From NCBI RefSeq assembly GCF_018977255.1, contig NW_024704742.1:36024001-36088000 (forward strand): a stretch of DNA of 64,000 nt, written 5' to 3'. The notes beneath the pieces were generated by a model. The model searched no databases. It was not told the DNA's origin and saw nothing but the letters and a program-made list of their open reading frames with translations. Shown one piece after another: positions 53,501 to 64,000 of the stretch (position 1 is the stretch's first letter; every line of letters starts with the position of its first letter). Position numbers and translations under genes: made by a program. The DNA comes from Callorhinchus milii (taxonomy: Eukaryota).

Positions 53501-54411
53501 TAGCTCTAGTATCACATTATCTCTTTATCTAAAGGTTAAAAGAATGTCCCAATGCCTAGGAATCAGCTATGTAGAAAAAATTATTAGTTCAAGCAAAAAT
53601 GGAGTAAGTGGCATGTTAAGAATATCCTAAAACCTGCCTTCAGTCCTGTGCATTGGAATGATTTGCACAAATTGTGCTTGACTAATATGTATCTCATAGA
53701 TTATTAAAGTGCAGAGTGCAGGGGTAAAGGTTCAAAAGTACAAATACAAAGGCAATACTCCAAAGTAAGACATGTGGATGAAAAGAAGGGATTTCTCAGG
53801 AGACCACCTCCCCCCTCCCCATTCATCAACCTCACAGATCAGTTCTCCATAGAATGGCTAAATCCTTTTACATTGCTGTAATCCACCAAGTTACTTATAA
53901 CAGCTGGGTTGTAAAAATAAATCCTGTAAGACAAGCTGTTTTGTGAAAACAACCGTGCAAGAAAAGTAGGTCCAGTCCTATAAATCATGTCAGGTAAAAA
54001 CACATTATTTTAAAAACTTTGATAGTGCTGCACCAACATGGAAAAATAGCTCAACATGTAGCTGCCATGATATTTCGAGAATGTTGTCTGATTTTTTTTG
54101 CTTTCCCCTTGCAATCCCTTCAGTCACAATGTAAGGATGCTCACCTTTCCTGACTTCTGTGGGACAATTTGAAATGGAATGGTTAAGTCGTGAAATATTA
54201 CTTCCCATCCCTGGGCTGACATGTAACAGATCTGTGCAAAGCTCCCTGGTGTCCAGCAAACAACTTAAAAAACTTACATAAAACTGAAGCAGGTAACAGG
54301 CACCTCCCAGCTTGTGATCTTCTTAGTTCAAAGTCTCACACTCCAATAAATGATTGATTGGCTTGACACACCACTCAAAATACTGTTTTACACTGTAAAT
54401 GTTTTATTGGG

Positions 54412-54841
54412 TGTCAGCCTCGCCCAGTTGGTGGCACTCTTCCCTCTGAGTCAAAAGGTTTGTGGGATCAAGCCCCACATTAAGACTTTGAGCTCCCATT
54501 TGAGGCTGAAAACCACTGCAGTGCTGGGGGGAGTGTTGCATTGTAGGTGCCGTCCTTCAGATGAGACTTGAAGCCAAGGTCTCAACTGCCTGTTCAGCTG
54601 CATGTTTAAAATCCTGTGGTACTAATTTGAAGGTGAGAAGGGAGTTTCTCCTCATCTCCTGGACAACAATGCCCCAGATAAAACTAGTCATTCACTTCAT
54701 GGCTGTTTATGGGACATTACTGTGTAAAAATCGGCTGCCGCATTCACCTGTACAGGCACTACACTTTACAGTAAATCCTGTGAGTCGCTTTGAGACATCC
54801 TCCTGACATGACAGGCGCTTTATTAAATGCAAGGATTATTA
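54412..54841 (+). mobile_element. Older Deu-type SINE, full length
   Basis: TGTCAGCCTCGCCCAGTTGGTGGCACTCT head through AAATGCAAGGATTATT tail. Confidence 0.78.
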
Positions 54842-55229
54842 CTTGTATACATACGCTCTTAGCAAAAGACAAATATGGCTGAAATTCAAGGTGAAAATTG
54901 CAACATGTAATGTGTTATACCATTTTGGAAATTCTACCCTGTCAATAACTAAAGATATTGTATGTTGCATGAGTGTGATTCACCTCCCCCCACCCACAAC
55001 TTTGTAATGATGGTCAGGTCCAAAGCACCCTGCCATGCATATTGGGACATTTTGACCCAAGGATATCAGTTTAACTCAAATATAAAATCTGACTAAATCC
55101 AGCGTCCCATTAACTGACAATCCAATGCACTTTGCATGCGACTTTGTGCCTATCCATTGCGATGGAGTCTGGGGTGGGGAGAACAGTTTACTCATGGGCC
55201 AGTTGATGTCTTTAGTTAACAACAGGACA

Positions 55230-55490
55230 ATAACAACTTGCATTTACATCTTGCCCTTCATGTGGGCTCGCGAATTAGAGCCCTCAACAGTCACCTGAAC
55301 TCTTTTGCTGTTGATGCCAAGCCAAGGAGAGAGGTGAGGTGGCTGTAGGCAAGGTCAAAGAGAAAGGTCTTCAGGTGTGATCTGAAAACGTGCAAATAGA
55401 GGGCAAAGCAGAGGGATTGAGGCAGAGACTTCCAGAATCTTGGGGCAGAGTGGCTGAAAGTAAAGCATCAATGGTGGAGCAGAGGGGACA
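55230..55490 (-). mobile_element. Old L2 3' fragment
   Basis: Antisense similarity to the L2 C-terminus and tail; boundaries approximate. Confidence 0.55.
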
Positions 55491-55689
55491 ATCTGATAAT
55501 AAGCAACAGTGCTAATGAATATGTTTGAAGTGCAGTTTTCACATTATCTTTATTTATAGTTCAATATTAGAAAGTGTACCTTACCATATACAATTCAACT
55601 AACTATGGGTACCTAATGATGAACACCCCAATTTTCTTTGGTAGAGATGTTTCAGAAAAAGCAAAAATGGGAGCCACTCCAGGTGACCT

Positions 55690-55902
55690 GCCCTCTGGAA
55701 CTCTCTCCCAACATCCCTCCACATTGTCCCCTTGCTCTCATCTAAAGATCTATCTCTTTGACTGCACCTTTGGACATCTCCCCCTACTCTCTCCCCCTTT
55801 TCTGCCGGCTCAGGCTCCCACTTCATCTTTATAATGTGCTTTGAGATGTTCTCTCTATGGTGAAAGGCACTTTATAAGTGCAAATGGCTGATGTTGTTGT
55901 TG
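55690..55902 (+). mobile_element. Old L2 3' end
   Basis: CTCTGGAACTCTCTCCC...HLKIYLFD, degenerate stem-loop, (GTT)n tail. Confidence 0.65.
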
Positions 55903-56763
55903 GAGCTGCAGCACTGGTGTACATAAAGAATCAACTCTTAGACAAAGCAATGCTTTTAGTATCAGCTAACATCAATGGTAAGAACACGTCTGCAACTGGA
56001 TCATTTCAGTCCTCCAGAACTGCTTTCTTGTAACATTTGGTGTTTGATGATTTGCATCACAGCGTTAACCCTGATTACAAAAAAAAATCTTGGAACAAAA
56101 CGAGTATTCAGCAAAATAGGTTTGCCACAAAAGCCAATTGTATTGGATATTTCTTACATGTTTCCTACAGAAAAAGAAAGCTCAGTTGCTTTGAAAGACA
56201 ATTTTCATGGCTCGTAAATCCTTCCTGGGTTAGTCTTTAGCTGCCAGGGCTGCGGCAGATGTTATTTTGTGCACATATATATCGTGTAGGTGTACTGGCT
56301 TCAGAACAACACACACAAAAAAAGAACCAGTCAGAAGAACAAGAAAATGAAATCTGCCCACATGTGTAAAACCTTCTGTAGAAAACAAGAAAACATGTGT
56401 TACATTTGCAAGACTAATTGGTACCATCTAACTCCTCTGCTGCACAATGATTTGGCAGATGTGAAGTAACACTGAATTCAGAATTTTATTGGCCTTGTTT
56501 CAGAGACTTTTTATTTATGCTCACGGTGCAATCTTACTGATGGAAATCTAAGTACACACTAGGGTCTAATTTGAGGTGTTGCTTAATGGGTTTCCTTAAT
56601 AGGGAATAAAGGCAAATGAAGACTCCTTCAGTAACCAGTGCAGCACACCAAATCATGGAAATAGATTGTATTGGACTGGAGTTCCCAACAAGATTTGCAT
56701 TGAGTGATTCCATTACGAAATTCCTTGACAGGCACAGTAAGTACAAGTTGTCATTGTTGGAGT

Positions 56764-57133
56764 GGAGTCCTGTAGCTCAGTGGTTAGAGCGCTCATCTCG
56801 CAAGCAAGAGACCTAACAGGACAAAATGTTGGGCAAGTTTTCTTACTCCACACACCTCTGTTTACTTAGCAGTAAGTAGGAACCCGGTTATTAGTCGATT
56901 GGCGGATCGCTTTTCCGGGGGTAATAATTCCTTCAAAATAAAAATAATAAATTTGTCACTTCAATCCACAACTGTTTATGGGAAACTGCTAAGCGCAATT
57001 GGCTGCCGGGTTTCGCCCACAAAATATATCGTCAATTAATCTTACAGTATATTCTGTGAAGCGTTTTGAGACGCATCGCAAACGTGATAAGGCGCTATAT
57101 CAAATGCAAGGAGTATTATTATTGTTGTTGTTG
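56764..57133 (+). mobile_element. SINE, long variant
   Basis: Full copy with a small deletion in the head; ATTGTTG on both sides. Confidence 0.87.
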
Positions 57134-58259
57134 AAATAAATTAGACTCCAATATTTACAGTAGATTCTTTTTGTAAGGCATCGCATTATAATAATAATAA
57201 TAATCCTTGGATTTGGTTTGCATATAAGGTGGTGCTCCACTGTTGACTTAGCTACACAAATTAGCCAGATTCCATGGTACCGTCCAGCTTCCTGTACGCT
57301 AAAAATAGCCTCTCATCATCAGTTCATCGCCGATATCACTTCCTGTACCCTCTGCACACGTGCACAGAAAGTGGGGTGGTTTTCTGCCTGTTGGCTGCTC
57401 TTAATCCCACTTCATTATAAGATGCGTTGGAATTTTATGGACCTCAGCTATCACCTTAATGTGGGATTCTACTATAGTCACTGTTTAAAAATAGATTCTT
57501 CAATGATTATCTTGCAATTGTCAGGAGTTGTTCTTATATTAACCTCAGTCTGGATTCTCAATGAATCGCCGTCAGAGTTTCACCATCAGTAGTCCTTTTT
57601 TGAAATCAAAGCCTTTAAACGTGAATTATGAATACATTTAATATCCTTTTTCAGTGTAAATACAGTTGATGAAATCTTTGAGAAATTGGGATGGAAGGAT
57701 TTCTGAGGCTAACAGGGGCAGACAGCTGAAATGAAATGTACTGTAGCTTTAGTATATTTGACTCTCTACAAGCTAGTTTCTATGGTGATGTAATTATCAC
57801 TCAGTTGAAGGGACATTGTGGTCTTGGTTAAGTGGATGACGTGCCATTTGGTTATGAGTATCAACAAAAATGTACAATATGACTGGTAGCACAATTATGT
57901 CAAGTCACAGTTGTGTCAGTCACTGAATGATTAATGCCTGTTAGACAGGGTGAGGGAGAGGAGAGAAATGCAGTAGAGCGGAAAGAGGAAACAAATGAGA
58001 AAGACAAAACAGAAAAGTGAACAAGAGAAAGGGGAGACAAAATCCAGCAGCAAGTGAGAAAGAAGAGAAAGAGCACGTAATAATAATCCTTCTATTTGAC
58101 ATAACACCTTTTGTGCAGGAGGACATCTCAAAATGCATCTTAGAATTTAGGTGTAGTGACTGTGTACTTTGGGCCGGTCAATTTGCTCACAGCAATGTCA
58201 CAAAACAGCCATGAAGTGAGTGACCAATTTTATTTGGGAGATTTTTGGCCAGGAGAACA

Positions 58260-58675
58260 ACAACCACCACCACAACATCATGCATTTATACAGTGCCACT
58301 CACACAGCGTAGAGTCCTGGAGGGCTCAACAGTGGCAGAGCATGACGCCGGGGGGAGGTGACCGTAGGTACGGTCAAACAGGAAGGTCTTCAGGCACGAC
58401 CTAAAGATTGGGAAAGAAGGGGCAAGGTGGAGGGATAGTTTAAGAGTGTTCCAGAGTTCCAGTGTAGTGGCTGAAAGCCGATGGTTGAACAGAGGGCATG
58501 AGAGACACGCAGAAGGCCAGAACCCGGTTCGACCTGTCGAGCGGTGGTTTGGGGTGTAAGCAGGTCAGAGAGATAGGGAGGTGCCAGGGCATGAAGGGAT
58601 TTGAAAACGAGTGTGAGGATCTTGAAATTGATCCATTCGGTGATAGGGAGCCAGTGGAGCCTGGCTAGAACTGGT
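58260..58675 (-). mobile_element. Old L2 3' fragment (left part of the target; continues at about 62535-62650)
   Basis: GGGAGCCAGTGGAG (LHWLP, antisense); colinear with the L2 fragment at 13760-14540 across the young insertion. Confidence 0.75.
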
Positions 58676-58704
58676 GTTCTAGCCAGGGGAGCGGGGAGCG
58701 GCAG

Positions 58705-58880
58705 CAGTCGGGGAGCGGCAGCAGGACAGCGCGGGGAGGAGCCTGGGCCTACTGACCCAGGTACTTAAACTCGACGCCGGAGCGAGTTCAGCCAGTCGGG
58801 GAGCGGCAGCAGGACAGCGCGGGGAGGAGCCTGGGCCTACTGACCCAGGTACTTAAACTCGACGCCGGAGCGAGTTCAGC
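58705..58880 (+). repeat. Perfect 2 x 88-bp tandem repeat in the LINE 5'UTR
   Basis: 58705-58792 is identical to 58793-58880. Confidence 0.95.
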
Positions 58881-59116
58881 TAGGCAGGGGAGGGGAGGGA
58901 GGTGTGGGGGCGGAGCGGGGGAACTGCGACGTCATAGATTAGTTTTCAGGTGAGTGCGCGCGCACAAAAAAAAAAAAAAAAAAAAAAAAACCCCCCCCCC
59001 CCCCCCCCCCCCGGGCTCACATCAGAGCCCACTATGGTCCTGTTGGGTTCGATGCCCCAATCTGCGGGATAATGCCATCCACCTGACCGCTCGCTCCCGG
59101 TCCCCGCGTGCGCACT

Positions 59117-62100
59117 ATGGCTGCCGCTTTGACCCGAGCCCCCTCACCCCCTCCCTCCCTCCCCCCTCCTCTCTCCCCCCAAACCCTCCCCCCTCTGCAT
59201 CTCTCCCGCTCTCTCCTCCTCTCTCTCCGTCCCTCTCGTCTTCTATCCCCACTTGACCCTCCCACAACCTCCCTCTGTTCCAGTCTGGGAATCCTCCGCC
59301 GGGCTCACCGTGGCACTCGGCGTTGGCTGTCCAGCAGCAGCCACACCGACTGCCCCATTCCCCACCACTCTCGCCAGCCACCCCGGACACAGACCCGGGG
59401 AGTCAACCTCTCCTCCCTCATCCCCATCTCCCCCACCCCTGCCTCACAACCTGGACCCCCCTCCCCTCCCACACACCCTTCTGTCAACCGCTCCCTCCAC
59501 ATCGGACTGCAAAATGTCCGCTCCCTCTGCAACAAGGCCCTGGTCATCAACGATCTCATCCTTGATGAGAACGTTGATATCATGGCCTTGACAGAAACGT
59601 GGCTCACCCCAGGCGACACCTTCCCCCTCACGGAGGCCACGCCACCCGGCTACACCTCCCACCACATCCCCCGCCCCAACCGCCGTGGCGGTGGTGTTGC
59701 CCTTATCTCAAGGACACCACTTGCCCTATCCCCCTACTCCACTGGCTCTTTCCCCTCCTTCGAGCACCTCACCCTCTCCCACCCCTCATTCCTCTCCCTT
59801 AAAATCCTCCTCCTCTACCGGCCCCCTAAAACCTCTCCCACCTTCATCTCTGACATTTCAACACTCCTCACATCTCTTTGCCTCTGCTCCGATCGCCTCA
59901 TCATCCTGGGCGACTTTAACCTACACTTCACCCCCTCCTGCTCCATCTCCACAGACTTCTCTTCCCTGCTCTCCTCACTCAACCTTTCCCTACACATAAA
60001 CTCCCCCACTCACAGTCACGGCCACCCACTCGATTTGGTGATCACCCGGGGCCTCAGTGTCTCGGATGTCACTATTACCGACAAGGCCATCTCCGACCAC
60101 TACTTCATCTCCTTCACCACCTCCACCCCCCTCCCCACCTCCACCAGACCCACCACCATCTTCTACCGCCCTTGGAAGAAGTTACCCCCACAATCCCTAA
60201 CCGATGCCTTGGAGTCCTCTGAACTCCTCTCCCTCTGGCCTTCAACCCTCACCGACCCCTCTTCTCCTCTCTCCCTCCTCCACAATATCCTCTCCTCCAC
60301 ACTCGATACTCTTGCCCCCATCACTTCCCGCACTGTCTCCTACTCCCGCTCCTCCCCCTGGTACACCACCCACCTCCGCTCACTGAAATGCCAGGTGCGG
60401 GCTGCTGAGCGCACCTTTGTCAAATCCGGCTTAACGGTCCACCGACAAATCTGGCTGGACCTCCTCAAAATTTACCGCTCCACTCTAGCCTCGGCCAAGT
60501 CGTCCTTCTACTCCAGGATAATCCTGGAGGCGAAGAACAACCCCAGGCTACTGTTTTCCACCACATCCCGACTCCTCCGTCCCCCCCGCCACCCCGCGCA
60601 GGTCATCTCCTCCAACCTTCACTGCGAGGAGATGCTGGATTTCCTTGAATCCAAGATCAAGGGAATCCGCTCCGCGGTCACTTCCCCTCCAACTTCCACC
60701 CACCACCCACCCCTTCCCTCCCACACTCCGACTCCTACCCATCCTCCCCTACACACCTTCGTACCCGTTTCCCCACCCTCTGTCACTGAACTCATCCTAT
60801 CCCTAAAACCAACCACCTGCTCCCTTGACCCCATCCCCACTCCACTCCTTATCTCCCAGCTCCATTTTCTTGCCCCACACATCACTGACATCATAAACCT
60901 GTCCCTCTCCTCTGGCTCTGTCCCCATTCCATTAAAAACTGCCATCATCACGCCCACCCTGAAAAAACCCTCCCTTGATGCGTCGCAGCTATCAAGCTAC
61001 CGGCCCATCTCCAACCTCCCCTTTCTCTCCAAGGTCTTGGAAAGAGTTGTCGCCTCCCAACTGCGCTCTTTCCTCTCCACCCATTCTCTTTTTGAACCCC
61101 TTCAGTCAGGTTTCCGTGCTGCTCATAGCACAGAAACTGCCCTGGTCAAGGTCACCAATGATATCCTGACCATCTGTGACCAGGGCTCCCTCTGTCTCCT
61201 CGTCCTCCTCGACCTATCGGCAGCATTCGATACGGTCGACCACGCTATCCTACTCCACCGCTTGTCCTCCCACCTCAACCTTCAAGGCACTGTCCTTGAA
61301 TGGTTTAGGTCGTACCTTTCTCACCGTCTTCACTTCGTCTCAACGAATGGCTTCTCCTCCACCCCCCGTACTGTCTCATGTGGTGTCCCTCAGGGCTCTG
61401 TCCTCGGTCCCCTCCTCTTCACCCTCTATATGCTCCCCCTTGGTGACATCATCCGCAAACATGGGGTTAACTTCCACATGTATGCGGATGACACCCAACT
61501 CTACCTTTCCTCCTCTACTCTCAACTCCACGACCACCGATGTCCTGACAGCCTGCCTGTCCGACATCGAGTCCTGGACGAGAGACAACTTTCTTCAGCTC
61601 AACGTGCAAAAAACCGAGGCCCTCCTGATTGGCTCACGTCAGCGCCTCCGCACCTCAGGCGCTGACACCATCAGCATCCAAGGCTGCACTCTCCACCTCT
61701 CAAAGCCAGTCAGGAACCTCGGCGTTTTGTTCGACCCTGAGCTGTCCTTTCTCCCTCACATCCGCACCACAACTGGCACCGCCTTCCATCACCTCCGGAA
61801 TATCGCCAGATTACGGCACTACCTCACCCCTCACGCTGCTGAAACCCTGGTTCACGCCTTTGTCACCTCAAGGCTGGACTATGGGAACTCTCTCCTCGCC
61901 GGCCTTCCCGCCACCTCCCTCCACAAGCTGCAGGTCATTCAGAACTCTGCAGCTCGTGTACTGTCCCGCACCAGGCTTCGGGACCACATCACTCCCACCC
62001 TCGCTCGCCTCCACTGGCTCCCCATCCCCCAGAGGATTGATTTCAAGATCCTCATCCTCACCTACAAGGCCATTCACGGCCTTGCTCCCTCCTACCTCTC

Positions 62101-62377
62101 CAACCTACTATCCCCCTACCTACCTGCCCGTACCCTCCGTTCCTCTGGCTCCGGTCTGCTCCACGTCCCCCGCCCCAACCGCCCTACTATCGGTGGTCGG
62201 GCCTTCAGCCTCTCAGCCCCGAGGCTCTGGAACTCCATCCCCCAGTGCCTTCGCCTTGCTTCCTCCCTTTCCTCCTTCAAGGCCGGTCTCAAAACCTTTC
62301 TCTTTGACCGTGCCTTCAGCTCCCCTCTCGACTCTCTTCCTCCTCCTCGCTCCCTCCCTTCCCTCCCCTCACCCTGA
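59117..62377 (+). CDS. L2 LINE ORF: apurinic-like endonuclease + reverse transcriptase (1086 aa from the first ATG)
   Basis: APE motifs [38 protein letters not shown] motifs [50 protein letters not shown] in ACTATGG context. Confidence 0.93.
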   Translation: MAAALTRAPSPPPSLPPPLSPQTLPPLHLSRSLLLSLRPSRLLSPLDPPTTSLCSSLGILRRAHRGTRRWLSSSSHTDCPIPHHSRQPPRTQTRGVNLSSLIPISPTPASQPGPPSPPTHPSVNRSLHIGLQNVRSLCNKALVINDLILDENVDIMALTETWLTPGDTFPLTEATPPGYTSHHIPRPNRRGGGVALISRTPLALSPYSTGSFPSFEHLTLSHPSFLSLKILLLYRPPKTSPTFISDISTLLTSLCLCSDRLIILGDFNLHFTPSCSISTDFSSLLSSLNLSLHINSPTHSHGHPLDLVITRGLSVSDVTITDKAISDHYFISFTTSTPLPTSTRPTTIFYRPWKKLPPQSLTDALESSELLSLWPSTLTDPSSPLSLLHNILSSTLDTLAPITSRTVSYSRSSPWYTTHLRSLKCQVRAAERTFVKSGLTVHRQIWLDLLKIYRSTLASAKSSFYSRIILEAKNNPRLLFSTTSRLLRPPRHPAQVISSNLHCEEMLDFLESKIKGIRSAVTSPPTSTHHPPLPSHTPTPTHPPLHTFVPVSPPSVTELILSLKPTTCSLDPIPTPLLISQLHFLAPHITDIINLSLSSGSVPIPLKTAIITPTLKKPSLDASQLSSYRPISNLPFLSKVLERVVASQLRSFLSTHSLFEPLQSGFRAAHSTETALVKVTNDILTICDQGSLCLLVLLDLSAAFDTVDHAILLHRLSSHLNLQGTVLEWFRSYLSHRLHFVSTNGFSSTPRTVSCGVPQGSVLGPLLFTLYMLPLGDIIRKHGVNFHMYADDTQLYLSSSTLNSTTTDVLTACLSDIESWTRDNFLQLNVQKTEALLIGSRQRLRTSGADTISIQGCTLHLSKPVRNLGVLFDPELSFLPHIRTTTGTAFHHLRNIARLRHYLTPHAAETLVHAFVTSRLDYGNSLLAGLPATSLHKLQVIQNSAARVLSRTRLRDHITPTLARLHWLPIPQRIDFKILILTYKAIHGLAPSYLSNLLSPYLPARTLRSSGSGLLHVPRPNRPTIGGRAFSLSAPRLWNSIPQCLRLASSLSSFKAGLKTFLFDRAFSSPLDSLPPPRSLPSLPSP

Positions 62378-64000
62378 CCATTTCCCCCTCCTCTCTCCCT
62401 CCCTTCCCTCCCCTCACCCTGACCATTTCCCCCCTGCTCGGGTCATGACCCAACTGTGCAGCGCCTTGGGACGTCCTCCTGACGTGAAAGGCGCTCTATA
62501 AATGGAATCTTGTTGTTGTTGTTGTTGTTGTTGTTGTGATGGGGGTACAGAGTTTAGTGCGGGTGACTGTGCGGGCGGTGGAGTTTTGGATCAGCTGGAT
62601 CCTGTGCATGGTGGAGCTGGGACGACCAGAGAAGAAGGCATTTGAGAAGATGAGTTGGGCACAGGGAGCAACTTCTTTCTCTTTTCGAATAGAGCCATTG
62701 GATCTTTAACATCCACCTGTACAGGATGTTGGTCTAACTTCTCATCTCAAACACATCAAGGAAAAGAGATGGTCCTGATTTGCCATAATTTTTAAGGGGA
62801 TTTGCTAATAAATAAGTTAGAATATGTGTTGACCCATGGGAACTCCAGCTGCCACAGAACCCAGTTGCCATTCTTCAGCTTCCGGTTCATGGAAGAAGTT
62901 GCCTTTTGTGTGACTCAATTTCTTTATTGAAGAGTTCTATTAAGATCTACTGCATGTTAGGCACTAATAACTTTATTTTCTCCTTCCATCCAATAGCCAG
63001 ATACATCTGTTTTTACATCTTTCATTCATCTGGTTTTGCTTGTTCCACCCAATTAACAAGAAATAATTATTTGCAAACAACAGAAATTCTGGATATTGTT
63101 CCAGACAATTAGGGCCATTTAAACACAGCTTGGACTACTACTGTTCTCTGTAGCTTTTAAATGCTTTAAATTTCTTTTGTAATGAAGAACATTTGCATGC
63201 AAATTATTTCTATATTTGTTTTCCTGATTATGTTGTAAAGTGCTAGAATTTTGCCTCATATTTTTTGCCAATAAGCTACAGGGTTTTTAAAGAGCACCTG
63301 GACACCAGTTTAGTGTCTTATTTGAAGGAAAGTACCAGACACTGCGACTAACTGTGAGATTTCAAATGAAATAAAACACCAGGAACCTTAATCCTGTTGA
63401 AGGAAACAGGAATGAAAAGCCTTTAAGTGAGGAATCTGAGTGGAAATTCCTTCTGATAACCAGCAGTATCTCTTGCACAGCAAACGGGTTCCCTGGAACT
63501 CCGCTCTGAAAGTACAGTAGATTATGCTGGAGAGTTTCTGTCAGATGCTATGATGTGTTTCTGGGTGATAAAACCCGATGTATTACCACTGGTACTAGAA
63601 ATTATACAAGACACTATTAGATCATTCAGGTACAATTCCAGAGAAGTGTTCTTAATGACTATAAATGCATAAAACTCACACAAATTTGCAACCAATGAGG
63701 TGTAACTCAATATTTCTACTGTGGGTGATGATACCAGCCTCTTGCAATCTTATGTTGAAAGTAAGTGAACAGAAGAGCACTCAGATAAATGTCAGCAGAA
63801 GATCCCCAGCAATATTTGCTGTGATTGACAGCCGGGATTCATGCTTTTTGGATATGTGTGTACCTTCAGGCAAATGTGCACTTGCCAAGTCAATAAACTC
63901 ACACAAAGAACTGCTGTTTATAGAATGTTTCTACACACGACCCATGCATAGGTTGCAGTGTTGTCAATCACCTTGATATAGGCTGAATTTCATTACTCCC

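Larger units (their letters stand above)
58688..62536 (+). mobile_element. Apparently full-length L2-clade LINE with a single ORF
   Basis: GC-rich 5'UTR, uninterrupted APE+RT ORF, 3' stem-loop, (TTG)n tail; interrupts an older antisense L2 fragment. Confidence 0.92.

Noticed and set aside
179..57592. Most 60-180 aa ORFs in the track, including recurrent ...YIKCKDYYYY and ...ARIIIII peptides
   Set aside because: Chance readings of SINE/LINE copies or intronic DNA; only the segments matching RASGEF1B exons are supported
58705..58880. CRISPR-like repeat
   Set aside because: Two adjacent identical units with no spacers, in a eukaryotic retroelement
58688..59116. HDV-like or hammerhead ribozyme at the LINE 5' end
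   Set aside because: ATGGTCC and TCCCCGCG resemble HDV pieces, but P3/P1 pairing could not be built on either strand, and no CTGANGA...GAAA core was found
61629..62501. 290-aa alternative-frame ORF and the other overlapping ORFs inside the LINE
   Set aside because: Non-ATG start for the 290-aa ORF, and Pro/Ser-rich low complexity; explained by the C-rich codon bias of the main ORF

Overview
Vertebrate genomic DNA. The repeat families suggest a cartilaginous fish, possibly a chimaera (inference). The minus strand carries a complete RASGEF1B orthologue: 13 coding exons between 32977 and 1983, all with GT-AG junctions, 1419 nt in total (472 aa plus stop). A candidate non-coding first exon lies near 43 kb. 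The rest of the window is repeat-rich. It holds about 12 copies of a young tRNA-Ala-derived SINE with CORE-like and Deu-like segments and an L2-type tail, older Deu-type SINEs, many L2 and CR1 fragments, and three hAT-type MITEs. There are also possible hAT transposase relics, a small element with a hammerhead-like motif, and one apparently intact single-ORF L2 LINE (about 58688-62536) nested in an older antisense L2. The most notable observations are: the intact LINE, with a fold-back 5' junction and a 3' stem-loop shared with the SINE; a stop-free 444-nt exon 2-4 block flanked by inverted SINEs (circRNA candidate); and the hammerhead-like element. I see no evidence of a wholly new system. 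Exon numbers assume one upstream non-coding exon, and family names come from recall, not database searches.
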